In this document: positions 33,790 to 43,805 of the stretch, piece after piece
How positions within the stretch are numbered: position 1 is the stretch's first letter
Layout: each line of letters starts with the position of its first letter
Source: Alphaproteobacteria bacterium MarineAlpha3_Bin7
GTDB taxonomy: Bacteria > Pseudomonadota > Alphaproteobacteria > Rhodospirillales > UBA2165
Length of the DNA stretch: 47,983 nucleotides
Assembly: GCA_002937995.1 (NCBI GenBank)
Contig: PTLG01000001.1
Location: 1 to 47,983 of the forward strand
Direction of reading: 5' to 3'
Position numbers and translations under genes: made by a program
The notes under the pieces: model-generated
Database searches by the model: none
Told to the model about the DNA's origin: nothing
Seen by the model: only the letters and a program-made list of their open reading frames with translations

Positions 33790-34980
33790 CTAGATAGTTG
33801 TGGCGTCATATGAAAAAAGCCAGTCATATCTCTCCTTCACCCGGTCTGGGTGCCACTCTCTGTCAATAAAGGCTGATGCCTCTTCCTTATTTTTTAGAGC
33901 GGAACTATGAAACCGTTTAGCGTTCTCGTTAGACCCATTAACCATTCGCGTGGTTCTTTCTATCCGGGCATTCTCATAGTTGTGAAGAGCTTCTTCAGTA
34001 TCGCTTGTATCTCTAATAAAACGAGCCAGAATGTATCCATCTTCAATAGCCTGAACAGCTCCTTGTGCCAAAGTGGGTAGTGTAGGGTGACACGCATCTC
34101 CGAGTAGGGTTACACGACCCTTCCCCCATTTTTTCAAGGGCTCTCTCATCATTAGGGCCCACTTATAGGGTTTCTCAATATGTTTAATTATACTATGTAT
34201 ATTTTCATTCCAACCCTCGAAATCGTTATGCAATTCATCCCTGTCACCGAGAGTGCTCCAGGACTCTATTTTCCAGTCATCTCGCTCAACAATACCCACG
34301 AAGTTTAAAAGTTCCCCTCTCCTCAAAAAGTAATGAATAACATGTCCACCCGGTCCAACCCAATTGCTTCCCACAGGTCTAACAAGGCCTTTAGGTAAAA
34401 CTTCGGTTCTGATCACACCCCTCCAGGCTAAAATTCCGGTGAATTGGGGATTGTCATCGCCATGTAGTTGCTTTCGGACAATAGAATGAATGCCATCAGC
34501 TCCTATAACCGCAGTACCTGAGATTTTACGGCCATTTTTTAGAGTGATGGAAGCGCCTTTTGTCTGGTCTCCTACGCCAACTATCTGACTATCAAGATGA
34601 ATTGCCCGAGGCTTCAGTTTCCGCACTTCGTCTAATAAAATTTTATGAAGGTCAGCTCTATGGTACATAAAATACGGATAGCCATATCTTTCAGTTGATT
34701 CTGCGCCAAGGTCAAAAAGCTCCCATGTCTCTCCTGTGTTCCATAACCTGATTTCTTTTCCTTCAGGCTCCCACGCTATCTCCCGTAAACTATGTTCCAA
34801 GCCAAGTGCAAACAATACGCGGTTGCCATTTGCACTAATTTGTACACCGGCTCCTACTTCACCTAATTGAGTGGATTGTTCGTAAACATCAACATCTATT
34901 CCATATTTAAGAAGTGCAAGTGCTGCGGTTAGACCCCCAATACCTGCACCAGCAATGATTATATGTGGATCAGTTTCCAA
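33790..34980 (-). CDS. FAD-dependent aromatic monooxygenase (salicylate/3-hydroxybenzoate hydroxylase-like)
   Basis: 396 aa. Motifs: [17 protein letters not shown] (GxGxxG), [34 protein letters not shown]. Confidence 0.8.
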   Translation of the reverse strand: METDPHIIIAGAGIGGLTAALALLKYGIDVDVYEQSTQLGEVGAGVQISANGNRVLFALGLEHSLREIAWEPEGKEIRLWNTGETWELFDLGAESTERYGYPYFMYHRADLHKILLDEVRKLKPRAIHLDSQIVGVGDQTKGASITLKNGRKISGTAVIGADGIHSIVRKQLHGDDNPQFTGILAWRGVIRTEVLPKGLVRPVGSNWVGPGGHVIHYFLRRGELLNFVGIVERDDWKIESWSTLGDRDELHNDFEGWNENIHSIIKHIEKPYKWALMMREPLKKWGKGRVTLLGDACHPTLPTLAQGAVQAIEDGYILARFIRDTSDTEEALHNYENARIERTTRMVNGSNENAKRFHSSALKNKEEASAFIDREWHPDRVKERYDWLFSYDATTI

Positions 34981-35143
34981 GTGTTTTCTCTATGGAAATA
35001 TTGATTATCAGTAAGAAAGGTTAACACCAAAAAGGGAACTGGTCTATATTCGAAAATGATTCAACAATGATTAGAATTATTTTAAATATTCATGTAATAT
35101 GCTAAGCGATAACGATTTAATTAGTAGCCCAGAGGACAAGAAT

Positions 35144-35617
35144 ATGGCAGAAAAACTTGGTATAGGTTCAGCTTTTCCTGATGTGACAATAGATACCGTA
35201 GATGGGGAGTCTTTATCAATACCCGCTAGCCTCGATACAAAATACAAGCTTATTCTCTTTTATAGAGGTCACTGGTGACCCTACTGTCGCCGGCAGTTAG
35301 TCGGCTTTGCTACCGTAAAGGATCAGTTAGACGAAAAGGGTGTCAGTGTGGTTGCAGCTAGCGTAGATCCTCTCGATAAGGCTAAGGAGGTATCTGATGA
35401 GGTTAACTTCCCAATTGGCTTTGGAGTAACTAAGTCTATCGCTGATAGTGTTGGTGCCTGGTGGGAAGAACGAAGGCAAATCATTCAGCCCTCAGAATTT
35501 TTGTTGAATTCCGAGAACAAGGTAATGATATCCAGTTATAGCGACGGGCCTTTAGGCCGTTTTGATGCACAAGATGTAATAAAGCTAATAAATTTTTATG
35601 AGAAGCAAAGTAGTTAG
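35144..35617 (+). CDS. AhpC/TSA-redoxin-like thiol oxidoreductase, predicted selenoprotein (TGA at 35276-35278 read as Sec in H-W-U-P-Y-C)
   Basis: ATG at 35144 with GAGGA 7 nt upstream. The frame is continuous to 35617 except for one TGA, which falls at the first position of the redox C-x-x-C (FYRGHW-TGA-PYCRRQL). The downstream part (VSVVAASVDPLDKAKE...FPIGFG) is typical redoxin sequence. Confidence 0.6.
35289..35305 (+). promoter_or_regulatory. Candidate bacterial SECIS hairpin
   Basis: GCCGGC-AGUUA-GUCGGC: a 6-bp stem (one G-U pair) with a 5-nt loop containing GU. It starts 10 nt after the in-frame UGA. Folded by eye only. Confidence 0.35.
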
Positions 35618-35741
35618 AGTAAAACTAAACTACAAATCATAAAGATTTTAGTTGGTATCTTGAATTGTTTCTCAGCTTAAGTTTTATGCCGTCTGGGTGT
35701 TGAGACCTGTGTAACCAAAAGGTGTGGTTGGGTAAGTTTCT

Positions 35742-36608
35742 CTATCCCTTCACTAACTCATACATATAGGTCCAGTCTAGCTTTCCAAGACCCTTGTCTA
35801 TGCCGGTTTTGTAAACTTTAGAAGCTTCTTTGCCTAATACGGTTGGCGTGCCAATTTGCTCAGCGAGGTCAATGCCAATTTGTAAGTCCTTATAAGCCAG
35901 TTCCAGGGCAAATATAGGATCATAATTATTCTGTAATGCGCGTGCGGGGTATGATTTGTCAATATGGCCATTAGTGGCCGTAGTCTGCCTCATTGTTTTG
36001 AGTGCTAAATCAATATCTAGTCCGGACTTTTTGCACAAATTTAATGTTTCGGCAGTTACTAAATTAGTTACAGTAGTCATATAGTTGTTAACAATTTTCA
36101 TCCTTGAGCCCATACCGGCTCCCCCACAATGAACGATAGTGCTTCCCATTAGATTTAATATAGGCTCAGCTTTTATAAGGGTGGTTTTTGTTCCACCCAC
36201 CATTATTAGAAGTTTTCCGCTTGCAGCCATTGTTGATGTTCGTCCTACGGGGGCATCCAGCATTTCTATATTAATCTTGGATAAGTGTTTATGTAATTTA
36301 TCCGTTGTGTGAGGGTGAGATGTCGTCATATCAATAAAAATGGTTCCAGGAAGAAAAGAGTTAGTCGTAACCTTGTTATTTATCAATATTTCATAGACAT
36401 CTGATGACTGCGGTAGCATCGTTATAATAAATTGAGCGTCTTCAATACATTCCAGGGAACTTTTGGCGACTTCTCCACCAGCTCTCTGAAAAGCAGAGAG
36501 TTTATCCGGGTTTTTGTCAAACCCAGTCACTTTGTGGTCTCCATTAATTAGGTTAATCGACATGGGTAATCCCATGGTGCCAAGTCCGATAAAACCGATT
36601 TTTGCCAT
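35742..36608 (-). CDS. NAD(P)-dependent beta-hydroxyacid dehydrogenase (3-hydroxyisobutyrate dehydrogenase family)
   Basis: 288 aa. KIGFIGLGTMGLPMSINL Rossmann motif, plus family-typical layout. Confidence 0.8.
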   Translation of the reverse strand: MAKIGFIGLGTMGLPMSINLINGDHKVTGFDKNPDKLSAFQRAGGEVAKSSLECIEDAQFIITMLPQSSDVYEILINNKVTTNSFLPGTIFIDMTTSHPHTTDKLHKHLSKINIEMLDAPVGRTSTMAASGKLLIMVGGTKTTLIKAEPILNLMGSTIVHCGGAGMGSRMKIVNNYMTTVTNLVTAETLNLCKKSGLDIDLALKTMRQTTATNGHIDKSYPARALQNNYDPIFALELAYKDLQIGIDLAEQIGTPTVLGKEASKVYKTGIDKGLGKLDWTYMYELVKG

Positions 36609-36716
36609 TATTTAAAACCCCCCTCAAAAGAATAGAGACTTATCTCTTTACTGAATATGGCTCATCAAGATACTGTGTTGTCTAATGGAGAAATAATAAA
36701 ACGGGGAGTGTAAGCA

Positions 36717-38285
36717 ATGCAAACTGCTTTCGATCTCGTATGGATGTCTGCGGAGCGGAATCCTAAACAGGTTGCTCTAGTTGATGACTTATTGGATAGG
36801 AAACTTTCTTATTCGCAGCTTATTTTGGAAGTCGATAGGATTGCCGCTGGGCTTCGAAATAGAGGGATTAAAAGTGGTGACAGGTTTGCTACTGTTTTAC
36901 CTGGTAATTTCGAACATTGCCTATTTCTGCTTGCTCTTCAGCGAATTAACGCAGTTCCAACACTAATAAATTTCCGTTTAGGTGATAAGGATATTCAGAA
37001 GCTAATGGAGTTGGGTAAAGTAAGGGGTGCTATAATTTTATCTAATTCTGATTTGGCCAGGAATGTAAAAAGTGTTTTGCCAGACGGTGGTCCCTTGTTT
37101 GTTGTCGGAGAACCTTGTTCCGAGTGTGAAGATTGGTCAAAGTGTAAAGCAGATCCATCTTCAGAAGTATTTAACACTCCCAAGCCAGAGGATGAGGCTT
37201 TTATATTTTACACCTCAGGAACGACAGGTTTGCCAAAGGGGGTGGTTTTGACACACTCGTGTTCTGAGCCCAGAGTGATTTGGCTTTGTACTCAGGCCGG
37301 CTTGCGGCATGGGGTTCATAATAGAACTCTTGGGTTTATGCCATTAAGTCATGTTATAGGTTTTTTTGGAGTTTTTTTGGCGACCCTAGCGCTTAATGGG
37401 ACCTATTATATTATGACTGCTTTTGATCCTGATGCAGCCGTCGACATGGTTAAAAAACATCAGATAACCTATATGTTTGCGGTTCCACAATTATATTATG
37501 CTATGAGTATATCTCCCAACTATTCTTCAAAAAATATGGAAACCGTTCAGCTTGCTTTATATGGGGGTGGGCAGATTGATAGTAAGCTTCTCGAAAGGAT
37601 AGATAGAGAGTGGTCGGCCACTATTCGACATATTTATGGTACTACTGAGACTATGTGCTCCCTTTATAATCCAGAACCTGTTGGACAACACACCCGTCTT
37701 CGACCTGGGTTTTATTCCAGAGTAAGAGTGATAGATGTTGGCGGAGATGTAACTGGAGAGGTAAGCGTTGGGGAAGAGGGAGAGTTAATCGTAGATGCAC
37801 GGGTAGATACAATATTTAAAGAATATTTAGAAATGCCTTTAGCTACAAAAGAAAAAATTACTGACGGCTGGTATCGTACAGGCGACTTATGTAGATTGCT
37901 TGCGGATGGGGATGTAGACCTTATTGGCAGGACGGATGACATAATTCGGTCTGGTGGTGAAAATATTCATCCGAGTGAGATCGAGCCCATTATTCTTTCG
38001 CATCCAGCTGTTTCAGATGTAAGCGTTTTAGGTATCCCCAGTTCTAGGTGGGGCGAGGCAGTTACTGCCTGTGTAGTAGCAAATAGTATCAGCATAAAAG
38101 AATTACATTCGTTCGTCTCAGACACCGATTTACCGAGCTTTAAGCGGCCCAAGATATATTGTGTCATTGATAAAATTCCAAGAAACGCGGCAAACAAGGT
38201 TTTACGTAAAGACCTTGAAATACAGGTAGATGAAATAATGGCAGAGGGTAATGAAAACTTGTTCTTAAAACTTGATAAAAGTTGA
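36717..38285 (+). CDS. AMP-dependent synthetase/ligase (acyl- or aryl-CoA ligase)
   Basis: 522 aa. Motifs: FYTSGTTGLPKGV (AMP-binding), YGTTE, YRTGD, IRSGGENI. Confidence 0.85.
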   Translation: MQTAFDLVWMSAERNPKQVALVDDLLDRKLSYSQLILEVDRIAAGLRNRGIKSGDRFATVLPGNFEHCLFLLALQRINAVPTLINFRLGDKDIQKLMELGKVRGAIILSNSDLARNVKSVLPDGGPLFVVGEPCSECEDWSKCKADPSSEVFNTPKPEDEAFIFYTSGTTGLPKGVVLTHSCSEPRVIWLCTQAGLRHGVHNRTLGFMPLSHVIGFFGVFLATLALNGTYYIMTAFDPDAAVDMVKKHQITYMFAVPQLYYAMSISPNYSSKNMETVQLALYGGGQIDSKLLERIDREWSATIRHIYGTTETMCSLYNPEPVGQHTRLRPGFYSRVRVIDVGGDVTGEVSVGEEGELIVDARVDTIFKEYLEMPLATKEKITDGWYRTGDLCRLLADGDVDLIGRTDDIIRSGGENIHPSEIEPIILSHPAVSDVSVLGIPSSRWGEAVTACVVANSISIKELHSFVSDTDLPSFKRPKIYCVIDKIPRNAANKVLRKDLEIQVDEIMAEGNENLFLKLDKS

Positions 38286-38309
38286 GCCTGTCTATTAGTT
38301 TAGAAATAT

Positions 38310-39317
38310 TCAATTCCAACCTGATGCGATCATTTGCCAAAGTCTAGCCATATTAGTCTTTCTAAAATTTCGATGAGTAACATATTTTATATGTTGATCG
38401 GGCGAGGCGTTTCTATCCAGTTTTATTGACCACAGCGAAGCTATTTTTTCTGGTAGGGCAGAGTATCTAATATCTCCAATATGGAGAGGCCTGTCGGCTT
38501 CAATTGCAACGTAACCCATACTAAACCATTTAAAACGTTCAATATCTTTTGCCTGTTGGGAATCTATACTTAGCCAGGGTAAGTCTCTATTTATGTTTAA
38601 TTTAGGTGTAGAAGAACCCCTAAATACAACCCTTTTGGGCCCAGCATGGACAGCATCAATATAAAAAATATTTTTATATTCATAGATTGTCTTCCAAACC
38701 CATATATTTGCAAAGCTCGGTTTTACATCTAATTTTTTAGTCTTATGCCCTCTTTCTGTAGCTATCTCAGTAACCATTTCTAGAGCAGTATTTCTATTGT
38801 AAGCGGCTAGTAATAGGTAAGCTATCAGCCAAAAAATACCCATATATACCAGAAATTTGGATTTTCTAATTATTGCTAAAATTAAAAACAAAAGAATGGG
38901 TATTGTGAATAGTGGGTCCACTATTGAAATAATACTCCACGCTACTCTAATCTCGCTAAATGGCCAAAACATTACAGTGCCATAGGAGGTACAGGCGTCC
39001 AGTAGTCCGTGGGTTCCAAGGCCAAGTGAACAAATAAGGCAACTTAATTTAAAATTTATCCCCCAACGCCTTCCAAATAACCAATACATTAAAAAGCCAA
39101 TTATGAGACCTCCTATCGGAATAAAAATGAGGGAGTGGGTAAATTGGCGATGGTACTCTAGTACCATTAGTGGATCTTCCTCGGATCTAATCAATACGTC
39201 CAGGTCAGGGGCTAACCCCGCAAAAAGGCCAAATAATGCAGCAACACCCAGTCTTTTTCGACTGATGATCAATTGCGGCGCTATAGCCCCCAATGTACCT
39301 TGTGACAAAGGATCCAT
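38310..39317 (-). CDS. Membrane-bound metal-dependent hydrolase, YdjM/DUF457-like, with C-terminal extension
   Basis: 335 aa. MDPLSQGTLGA start, several TM helices with conserved His (FTHSLIF, GTHGLLD), and a soluble C-terminal half. Confidence 0.6.
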   Translation of the reverse strand: MDPLSQGTLGAIAPQLIISRKRLGVAALFGLFAGLAPDLDVLIRSEEDPLMVLEYHRQFTHSLIFIPIGGLIIGFLMYWLFGRRWGINFKLSCLICSLGLGTHGLLDACTSYGTVMFWPFSEIRVAWSIISIVDPLFTIPILLFLILAIIRKSKFLVYMGIFWLIAYLLLAAYNRNTALEMVTEIATERGHKTKKLDVKPSFANIWVWKTIYEYKNIFYIDAVHAGPKRVVFRGSSTPKLNINRDLPWLSIDSQQAKDIERFKWFSMGYVAIEADRPLHIGDIRYSALPEKIASLWSIKLDRNASPDQHIKYVTHRNFRKTNMARLWQMIASGWN

Positions 39318-39455
39318 ATTTGATTACTCTTTTTTATAGTTGTATAATTTAAATGCCTCGGTTGGCCAATGGCTAAACTGTTAGGCATATAAAAATCTTA
39401 ATGAGATTATATTATCCCATTTTTGCCTAACTGTTCAGTTACTAGAGTTTAAATC

Positions 39456-40187
39456 TTGTCAATAATTAGTATACCATTTTCTATAGCCCTTCTGACCGCA
39501 CTTATTAGTGGTGTAGCGAGAGGATATAGCGGGTTTGCCAGTGGGCTCATATTGGTACCGATTTTTGCTTTATTATTTGGTCCAATAGAGGGGATTGCTA
39601 TTTCGGCAGTGGCATCCTTTATAGGAGGCCTTCAATTATTGCCGAGGGCTATAAAATTGGCGGATTGGAAAGAACTTACCCCACCCTTGATAGCAGCTGC
39701 TATAGGTTGTTTTTTTGGGGTCAGTTTTTTGGTCTCAAATGAACCAGACACCATAACAAGCCTGATGGGAATAATATTAATCCTAGCTTCCTTGATGTTA
39801 TTATCGGGATGGAAATATAGTGGCCCCCACAATACCTATGCCGGTCTAGCTGTTGGAGGACTCAGTGGAGGATCCTTAGGTGCTTTTGGGGTGCCTGTGG
39901 GGCAATTTTTTGCCTTATATTTCCTATCTTCGTCTGGAGATACAGCAAAACAAAGGGCTCATATTGTAATAGCAGCATCATGTGCAGTAACTTTTTTTGT
40001 TCTTGGTTTATTGTTTGAAGGTAAGGTGGTTTGGTCGACATTATTTTATGCAGCATTTGTAACACCATTTTTCATGTTTGGTGTATGGGTAGGTGCGAGG
40101 CTATTCCAGATCATGCCCTTTAGTTGGTTTTCAAAGGTTGTTGCATGGCTTGTGGCTGCAACCGGAGTAACTCTAATTTTGAGTTAA
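39456..40187 (+). CDS. TauE/SafE (TSUP) family anion exporter
   Basis: 243 aa, multi-pass, with internally repeated Gly-rich helices. TTG start in the ORF track. Confidence 0.6.
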   Translation: MSIISIPFSIALLTALISGVARGYSGFASGLILVPIFALLFGPIEGIAISAVASFIGGLQLLPRAIKLADWKELTPPLIAAAIGCFFGVSFLVSNEPDTITSLMGIILILASLMLLSGWKYSGPHNTYAGLAVGGLSGGSLGAFGVPVGQFFALYFLSSSGDTAKQRAHIVIAASCAVTFFVLGLLFEGKVVWSTLFYAAFVTPFFMFGVWVGARLFQIMPFSWFSKVVAWLVAATGVTLILS

Positions 40188-40262
40188 CATTATTAGGGTG
40201 ATAGTCTCAATCTTTGTTATCCAGATATTTATAGTTTTAGAGCTATTTATCTAATAAATTGT

Positions 40263-40967
40263 TTACTTTATTTTAATCGAGTTTTTAAGTGGCGTCATAG
40301 TTACTTCATCGATTACTGTCCCTGGCCTGGCAGTAATTATATTTTTTATTACTTCAGCTACGTCGTCCGGCTCAATAGCATTGTTTGAATCTGATCCAGG
40401 TTCAAAATCAAGATTATCAAAAAAAGGAGTTCTTACTAGTCCAGGGTTAACAATACTCACACGAACATTACTATTTCTGCACTCCTCTCTAACAGACTGT
40501 GCAAAACCCCTTAAGCCAAACTTTGCTGCACTATATAGGCTTCCCATTTTTTTTCCTTCAAGTGCTGACTCTGAACCCATAAAAATAATGTCTCCACGAG
40601 CATTCTTTTTAAAGTAGGGAATAACTATCCGAGTTATAATCATATGAGAAACTAAGTTTAGGTTTATATATGAAGCAATCTGTTCAGAGGACACATTTTC
40701 GAGGTTATCAAATTTACCAAAACCAGCATTACAAATAAGACCATCTAGGCAGGGAAAGTCAGCTAAAACAATTCTAAGCTCGTTTTCTAAACTTATATTA
40801 TCCCCAATATCGACATTTATATCTGTATATGAAGTGTTTTTTGAAAAAGCTGTATTTTTGGTTCGGCTAACTCCAATTACTTGAGCACCAGTCTCAAGCA
40901 ATGCGGCAACTATAGCCTTGCCTATGCCACTGGAACTTCCGGTTACTAATATGGTTCTGTCATTCAC
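40263..40967 (-). CDS. Short-chain dehydrogenase/reductase (SDR)
   Basis: 234 aa. Motifs: ILVTGSSSGIGKAI (TGxxxGIG), NAG, YSAAKFGL (YxxxK). Confidence 0.85.
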   Translation of the reverse strand: MNDRTILVTGSSSGIGKAIVAALLETGAQVIGVSRTKNTAFSKNTSYTDINVDIGDNISLENELRIVLADFPCLDGLICNAGFGKFDNLENVSSEQIASYINLNLVSHMIITRIVIPYFKKNARGDIIFMGSESALEGKKMGSLYSAAKFGLRGFAQSVREECRNSNVRVSIVNPGLVRTPFFDNLDFEPGSDSNNAIEPDDVAEVIKNIITARPGTVIDEVTMTPLKNSIKIK

Positions 40968-40986
40968 TGGGTAATTTGCCTTTCAT

Positions 40987-41985
40987 CTAGTTACTGCTAA
41001 CACAGTTAAAGATAGCAGATTTGGGTACGAACCTAGAAATATGTTCTAAACAATAATCTGTCATTTCCTTTTCTACATTTTCGGCATAGGAGGGTGTTCT
41101 AGGGCTATTTACAAGGGGTCCCGCAAAAAGTTTTTCTTCAGGGTATAATTTCGAGATGTTTTTGAATATATTCTTTGGGAATCTTAAGGGCCCTACACTT
41201 ACTGAATGTATAGCTGTTTCCGGTACATTAAGCTCAATTTCGTCAAATAGTTCCTTGTAGAGAATTTTCCAATCTTTGCCATGAACCAGCGGGTCAAACC
41301 TTAAACCAATTTTCCAACCCAGTTCGGCCAGCTTTGAAATTGCTTTAATTCTTTCAGAGATCTTCGGAGTTTTATGATCCAGAGAATCCGACATGGCTCT
41401 TGGCATTAAACTAAATGCAATAACGCAGTTTTTCATTGGCGTAAACTCAAGAAGTGGTTTGAGTTGAATACTCTTTGTTCTTAATTCTAATAACGCATTA
41501 TCAAATTTCTGGAATACGGGTAATGTGTGCTCAACAAAACCGGTAATATTTTCAAGAGCTAATGAGTCACAGTCATAGCCAGAGAAAAAAGTTAGATTTT
41601 CATTAGGGTTGGAGTTAACAAGATCTTCAATATTTTTATCAAAATCCTCATAGTTAACAAAAACCACATAATTTGCCGAGGAGTACATCCCCTGAAGAAA
41701 ACAATACCTGCAATCATAGATGCAGTTAAACATATGTGAAAAATAATAATTTTTTGTACCTCCGATGCCGAAGCTGTCGGGCGCATCAAGGACGAGGCCT
41801 TGGTGTTTTCTTGCCAGAATTAGTGCAGGATTACTTTTCTGTAACCTAAAGTTCTGGGATTTTTTGTTAAAAACATCACCGTATCTCTTTATTTTAATTC
41901 TTCGGGTAGAGCCGAACCGGTCTAAGATAGAGAGGGTTCGAGGATGGTCTTTTATTTCATCCTCAATATAAATGCATTTAATCAC
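40987..41985 (-). CDS. Radical SAM protein of the spore-photoproduct-lyase (SPL) family
   Basis: 332 aa. NCIYDCRYCFLQGMYSSANYVVFVNYEDF contains C-x3-C-x2-C followed by (Y/F)-L-Q, as in SplB-type enzymes. Confidence 0.65.
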   Translation of the reverse strand: MIKCIYIEDEIKDHPRTLSILDRFGSTRRIKIKRYGDVFNKKSQNFRLQKSNPALILARKHQGLVLDAPDSFGIGGTKNYYFSHMFNCIYDCRYCFLQGMYSSANYVVFVNYEDFDKNIEDLVNSNPNENLTFFSGYDCDSLALENITGFVEHTLPVFQKFDNALLELRTKSIQLKPLLEFTPMKNCVIAFSLMPRAMSDSLDHKTPKISERIKAISKLAELGWKIGLRFDPLVHGKDWKILYKELFDEIELNVPETAIHSVSVGPLRFPKNIFKNISKLYPEEKLFAGPLVNSPRTPSYAENVEKEMTDYCLEHISRFVPKSAIFNCVSSN

Positions 41986-42823
41986 TATTTATCCAGTCAA
42001 TTTCATATTTTTGTGTATGTTTGGATATTTTACTCAATACAGATTTAGCGTCATTCTCCATACTAATAATAGAAAATAAGTCCTTTGAAGGAAATATAGA
42101 TTCCCATTTTCGAATTAATTCTAGACACTTAGTTTTTTGTGAACTAGTAAAATGCCATGTTTGAATGCATTTTTTATAAGCTTTCGGCTGAGCTAATCTT
42201 TTTGCTTCTCCTAAGCAAATATTCTCTAACTCTTGGACCAGAGTTTTAAGATTATTGATTATTCTACTAATACTCTCTGTAACTGTCTCAGGTTTTATTA
42301 GTTCTAACGGTTCATCCGGTCCATCAGATATTATCTTTAGAATTATAGTTAGTTGTTGCGAACTTAGTCTTGAAGCTATCTCAAAAAAAGCATATCCCTC
42401 CATATCTACAAGGTGACCTTGTTTATAGTTTTTGGAAGGTTTATCCACGGTTATTAAGGAATATCTCCGTAAATTATTTCCAATTACTGGTCCCGGATAC
42501 AGAGTATGGCCAGTTGAGAACTGTTGGACCTCGTCCACTAGGAGAAGGTCTTTTAATTTTTTCCCCCCGTAACCCGCTATACCAATGTTTATCCATCCTG
42601 CCCAGGGTGGAGCATCACTTATTTCCGAGAGATAGGTTGTAGCCGAGGCAGAATTAATTTGGCCTATTCCTGACAAGACTAGCCAATGTTCCTTTTCCCG
42701 ATCACAAAATACGGAAAAGGGTCCGGTATTTATATAGCAATCCATTTTAAAATATTGGATTATAGGTTCGGCTTCGCATTTTAATGCAACAACCCACCTT
42801 ATAGCTTTGTTAAATTCTCTCAC
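41978..42823 (-). CDS. Nucleoside phosphorylase/nucleosidase superfamily (PNP_UDP_1-like) protein with C-terminal extension
   Basis: 281 aa. Motifs: VVALKCEAEPI, LSGIGQINSASATTYL, VDMEGYAFF. Overlaps the downstream radical SAM gene by 8 nt. Confidence 0.5.
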   Translation of the reverse strand: MREFNKAIRWVVALKCEAEPIIQYFKMDCYINTGPFSVFCDREKEHWLVLSGIGQINSASATTYLSEISDAPPWAGWINIGIAGYGGKKLKDLLLVDEVQQFSTGHTLYPGPVIGNNLRRYSLITVDKPSKNYKQGHLVDMEGYAFFEIASRLSSQQLTIILKIISDGPDEPLELIKPETVTESISRIINNLKTLVQELENICLGEAKRLAQPKAYKKCIQTWHFTSSQKTKCLELIRKWESIFPSKDLFSIISMENDAKSVLSKISKHTQKYEIDWINSD

Positions 42824-42834
42824 GTTTATCTACT

Positions 42835-43683
42835 TTATAGTTTATTTAGATAACATAATTCGTCCAATTTTTTTGAGTATATAGACACCGCTTCTTCGTT
42901 AAGCCGTTTTTGGGCGCCATCAATCAGGATCTTGAGTTTTTCTTGAAGTTTTTGTTTTGCGGCCTCCTTCTGCGTACCAGTTAGTTTTTCGCTTTTTATT
43001 ATTTTTTCAATAGCCGCAACCCTAAATCTATCCATCCCCCAGTATTTTTTTGACAATTGGTCCCCATGTCCTCCATGTTTTATTGTCAATGGTTTGTCTA
43101 CAAAAAGAATAGGGTACTTGGAACAAACCCTAAGCCACATATCATAATCCTCGCATGCTGGAAGGTTTTCGTCAAAATAGCCTATATCATCGAAAAGTGT
43201 CTTCTTAACCATTACGCTGCTTGGCGATATGCAGCAAAGTTCAAGACAGCGATCAAATATATATCCCCCGGACTTTTTGTGAATATTTTTTGGATTTACT
43301 CGAACTCCATTTCGATACCATAATTCGTCAGTATGACTTATCATGTGTTCTGAACCTAAGATTTCTCTTGTTTGGAGTTTAAGTTTATCTGGCTGCCATT
43401 CATCATCGGAATCAAGAAACGCTATCCATTCACCAGTTGCCTCATAAATACCCTTATTTCTAGCTCTACTTACACCCTTTTCAGGTTCTAATAAAAGACG
43501 AACTTGGGGAAATTCATTTCGGAGCATCTCTTGAGTGTTGTCATTTGACCCATTATCTACAACTATAACCTCAAACGGTTCAAGGGATTGGGAGAAAATT
43601 GAGAGAAGAGCCCGAGAAAGCATATCTTTCCGGTTGAAAGTGGGCACTACTACACTGATTGAAATACCGGTCATAAAGGTCAA
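42835..43683 (-). CDS. Family 2 glycosyltransferase
   Basis: 282 aa. ISVVVPTFNRKDML, VVDNGSND and FLDSDDEW (D-x-D) motifs. Confidence 0.85.
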   Translation of the reverse strand: MTFMTGISISVVVPTFNRKDMLSRALLSIFSQSLEPFEVIVVDNGSNDNTQEMLRNEFPQVRLLLEPEKGVSRARNKGIYEATGEWIAFLDSDDEWQPDKLKLQTREILGSEHMISHTDELWYRNGVRVNPKNIHKKSGGYIFDRCLELCCISPSSVMVKKTLFDDIGYFDENLPACEDYDMWLRVCSKYPILFVDKPLTIKHGGHGDQLSKKYWGMDRFRVAAIEKIIKSEKLTGTQKEAAKQKLQEKLKILIDGAQKRLNEEAVSIYSKKLDELCYLNKL

Positions 43684-43805
43684 TATCTCTTACAAGTTCT
43701 TCTTAGTCAGACCTTATCATATTCAATGTGTTTCACTAATTTATTGTTTTTTGATGTTAGGTTATTTTGTCTATAGTATCTTGATTAAAATATAGGGGGT
43801 GTTTA

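Noticed and set aside
35276-35278. Reading the TGA in the redoxin gene as a simple nonsense mutation (pseudogene)
   Set aside because: The stop falls precisely on the redox-active Cys codon, both flanks remain in one uninterrupted frame with a good RBS/ATG, and a hairpin sits at the SECIS position. This interpretation remains possible if the genome lacks sel genes.
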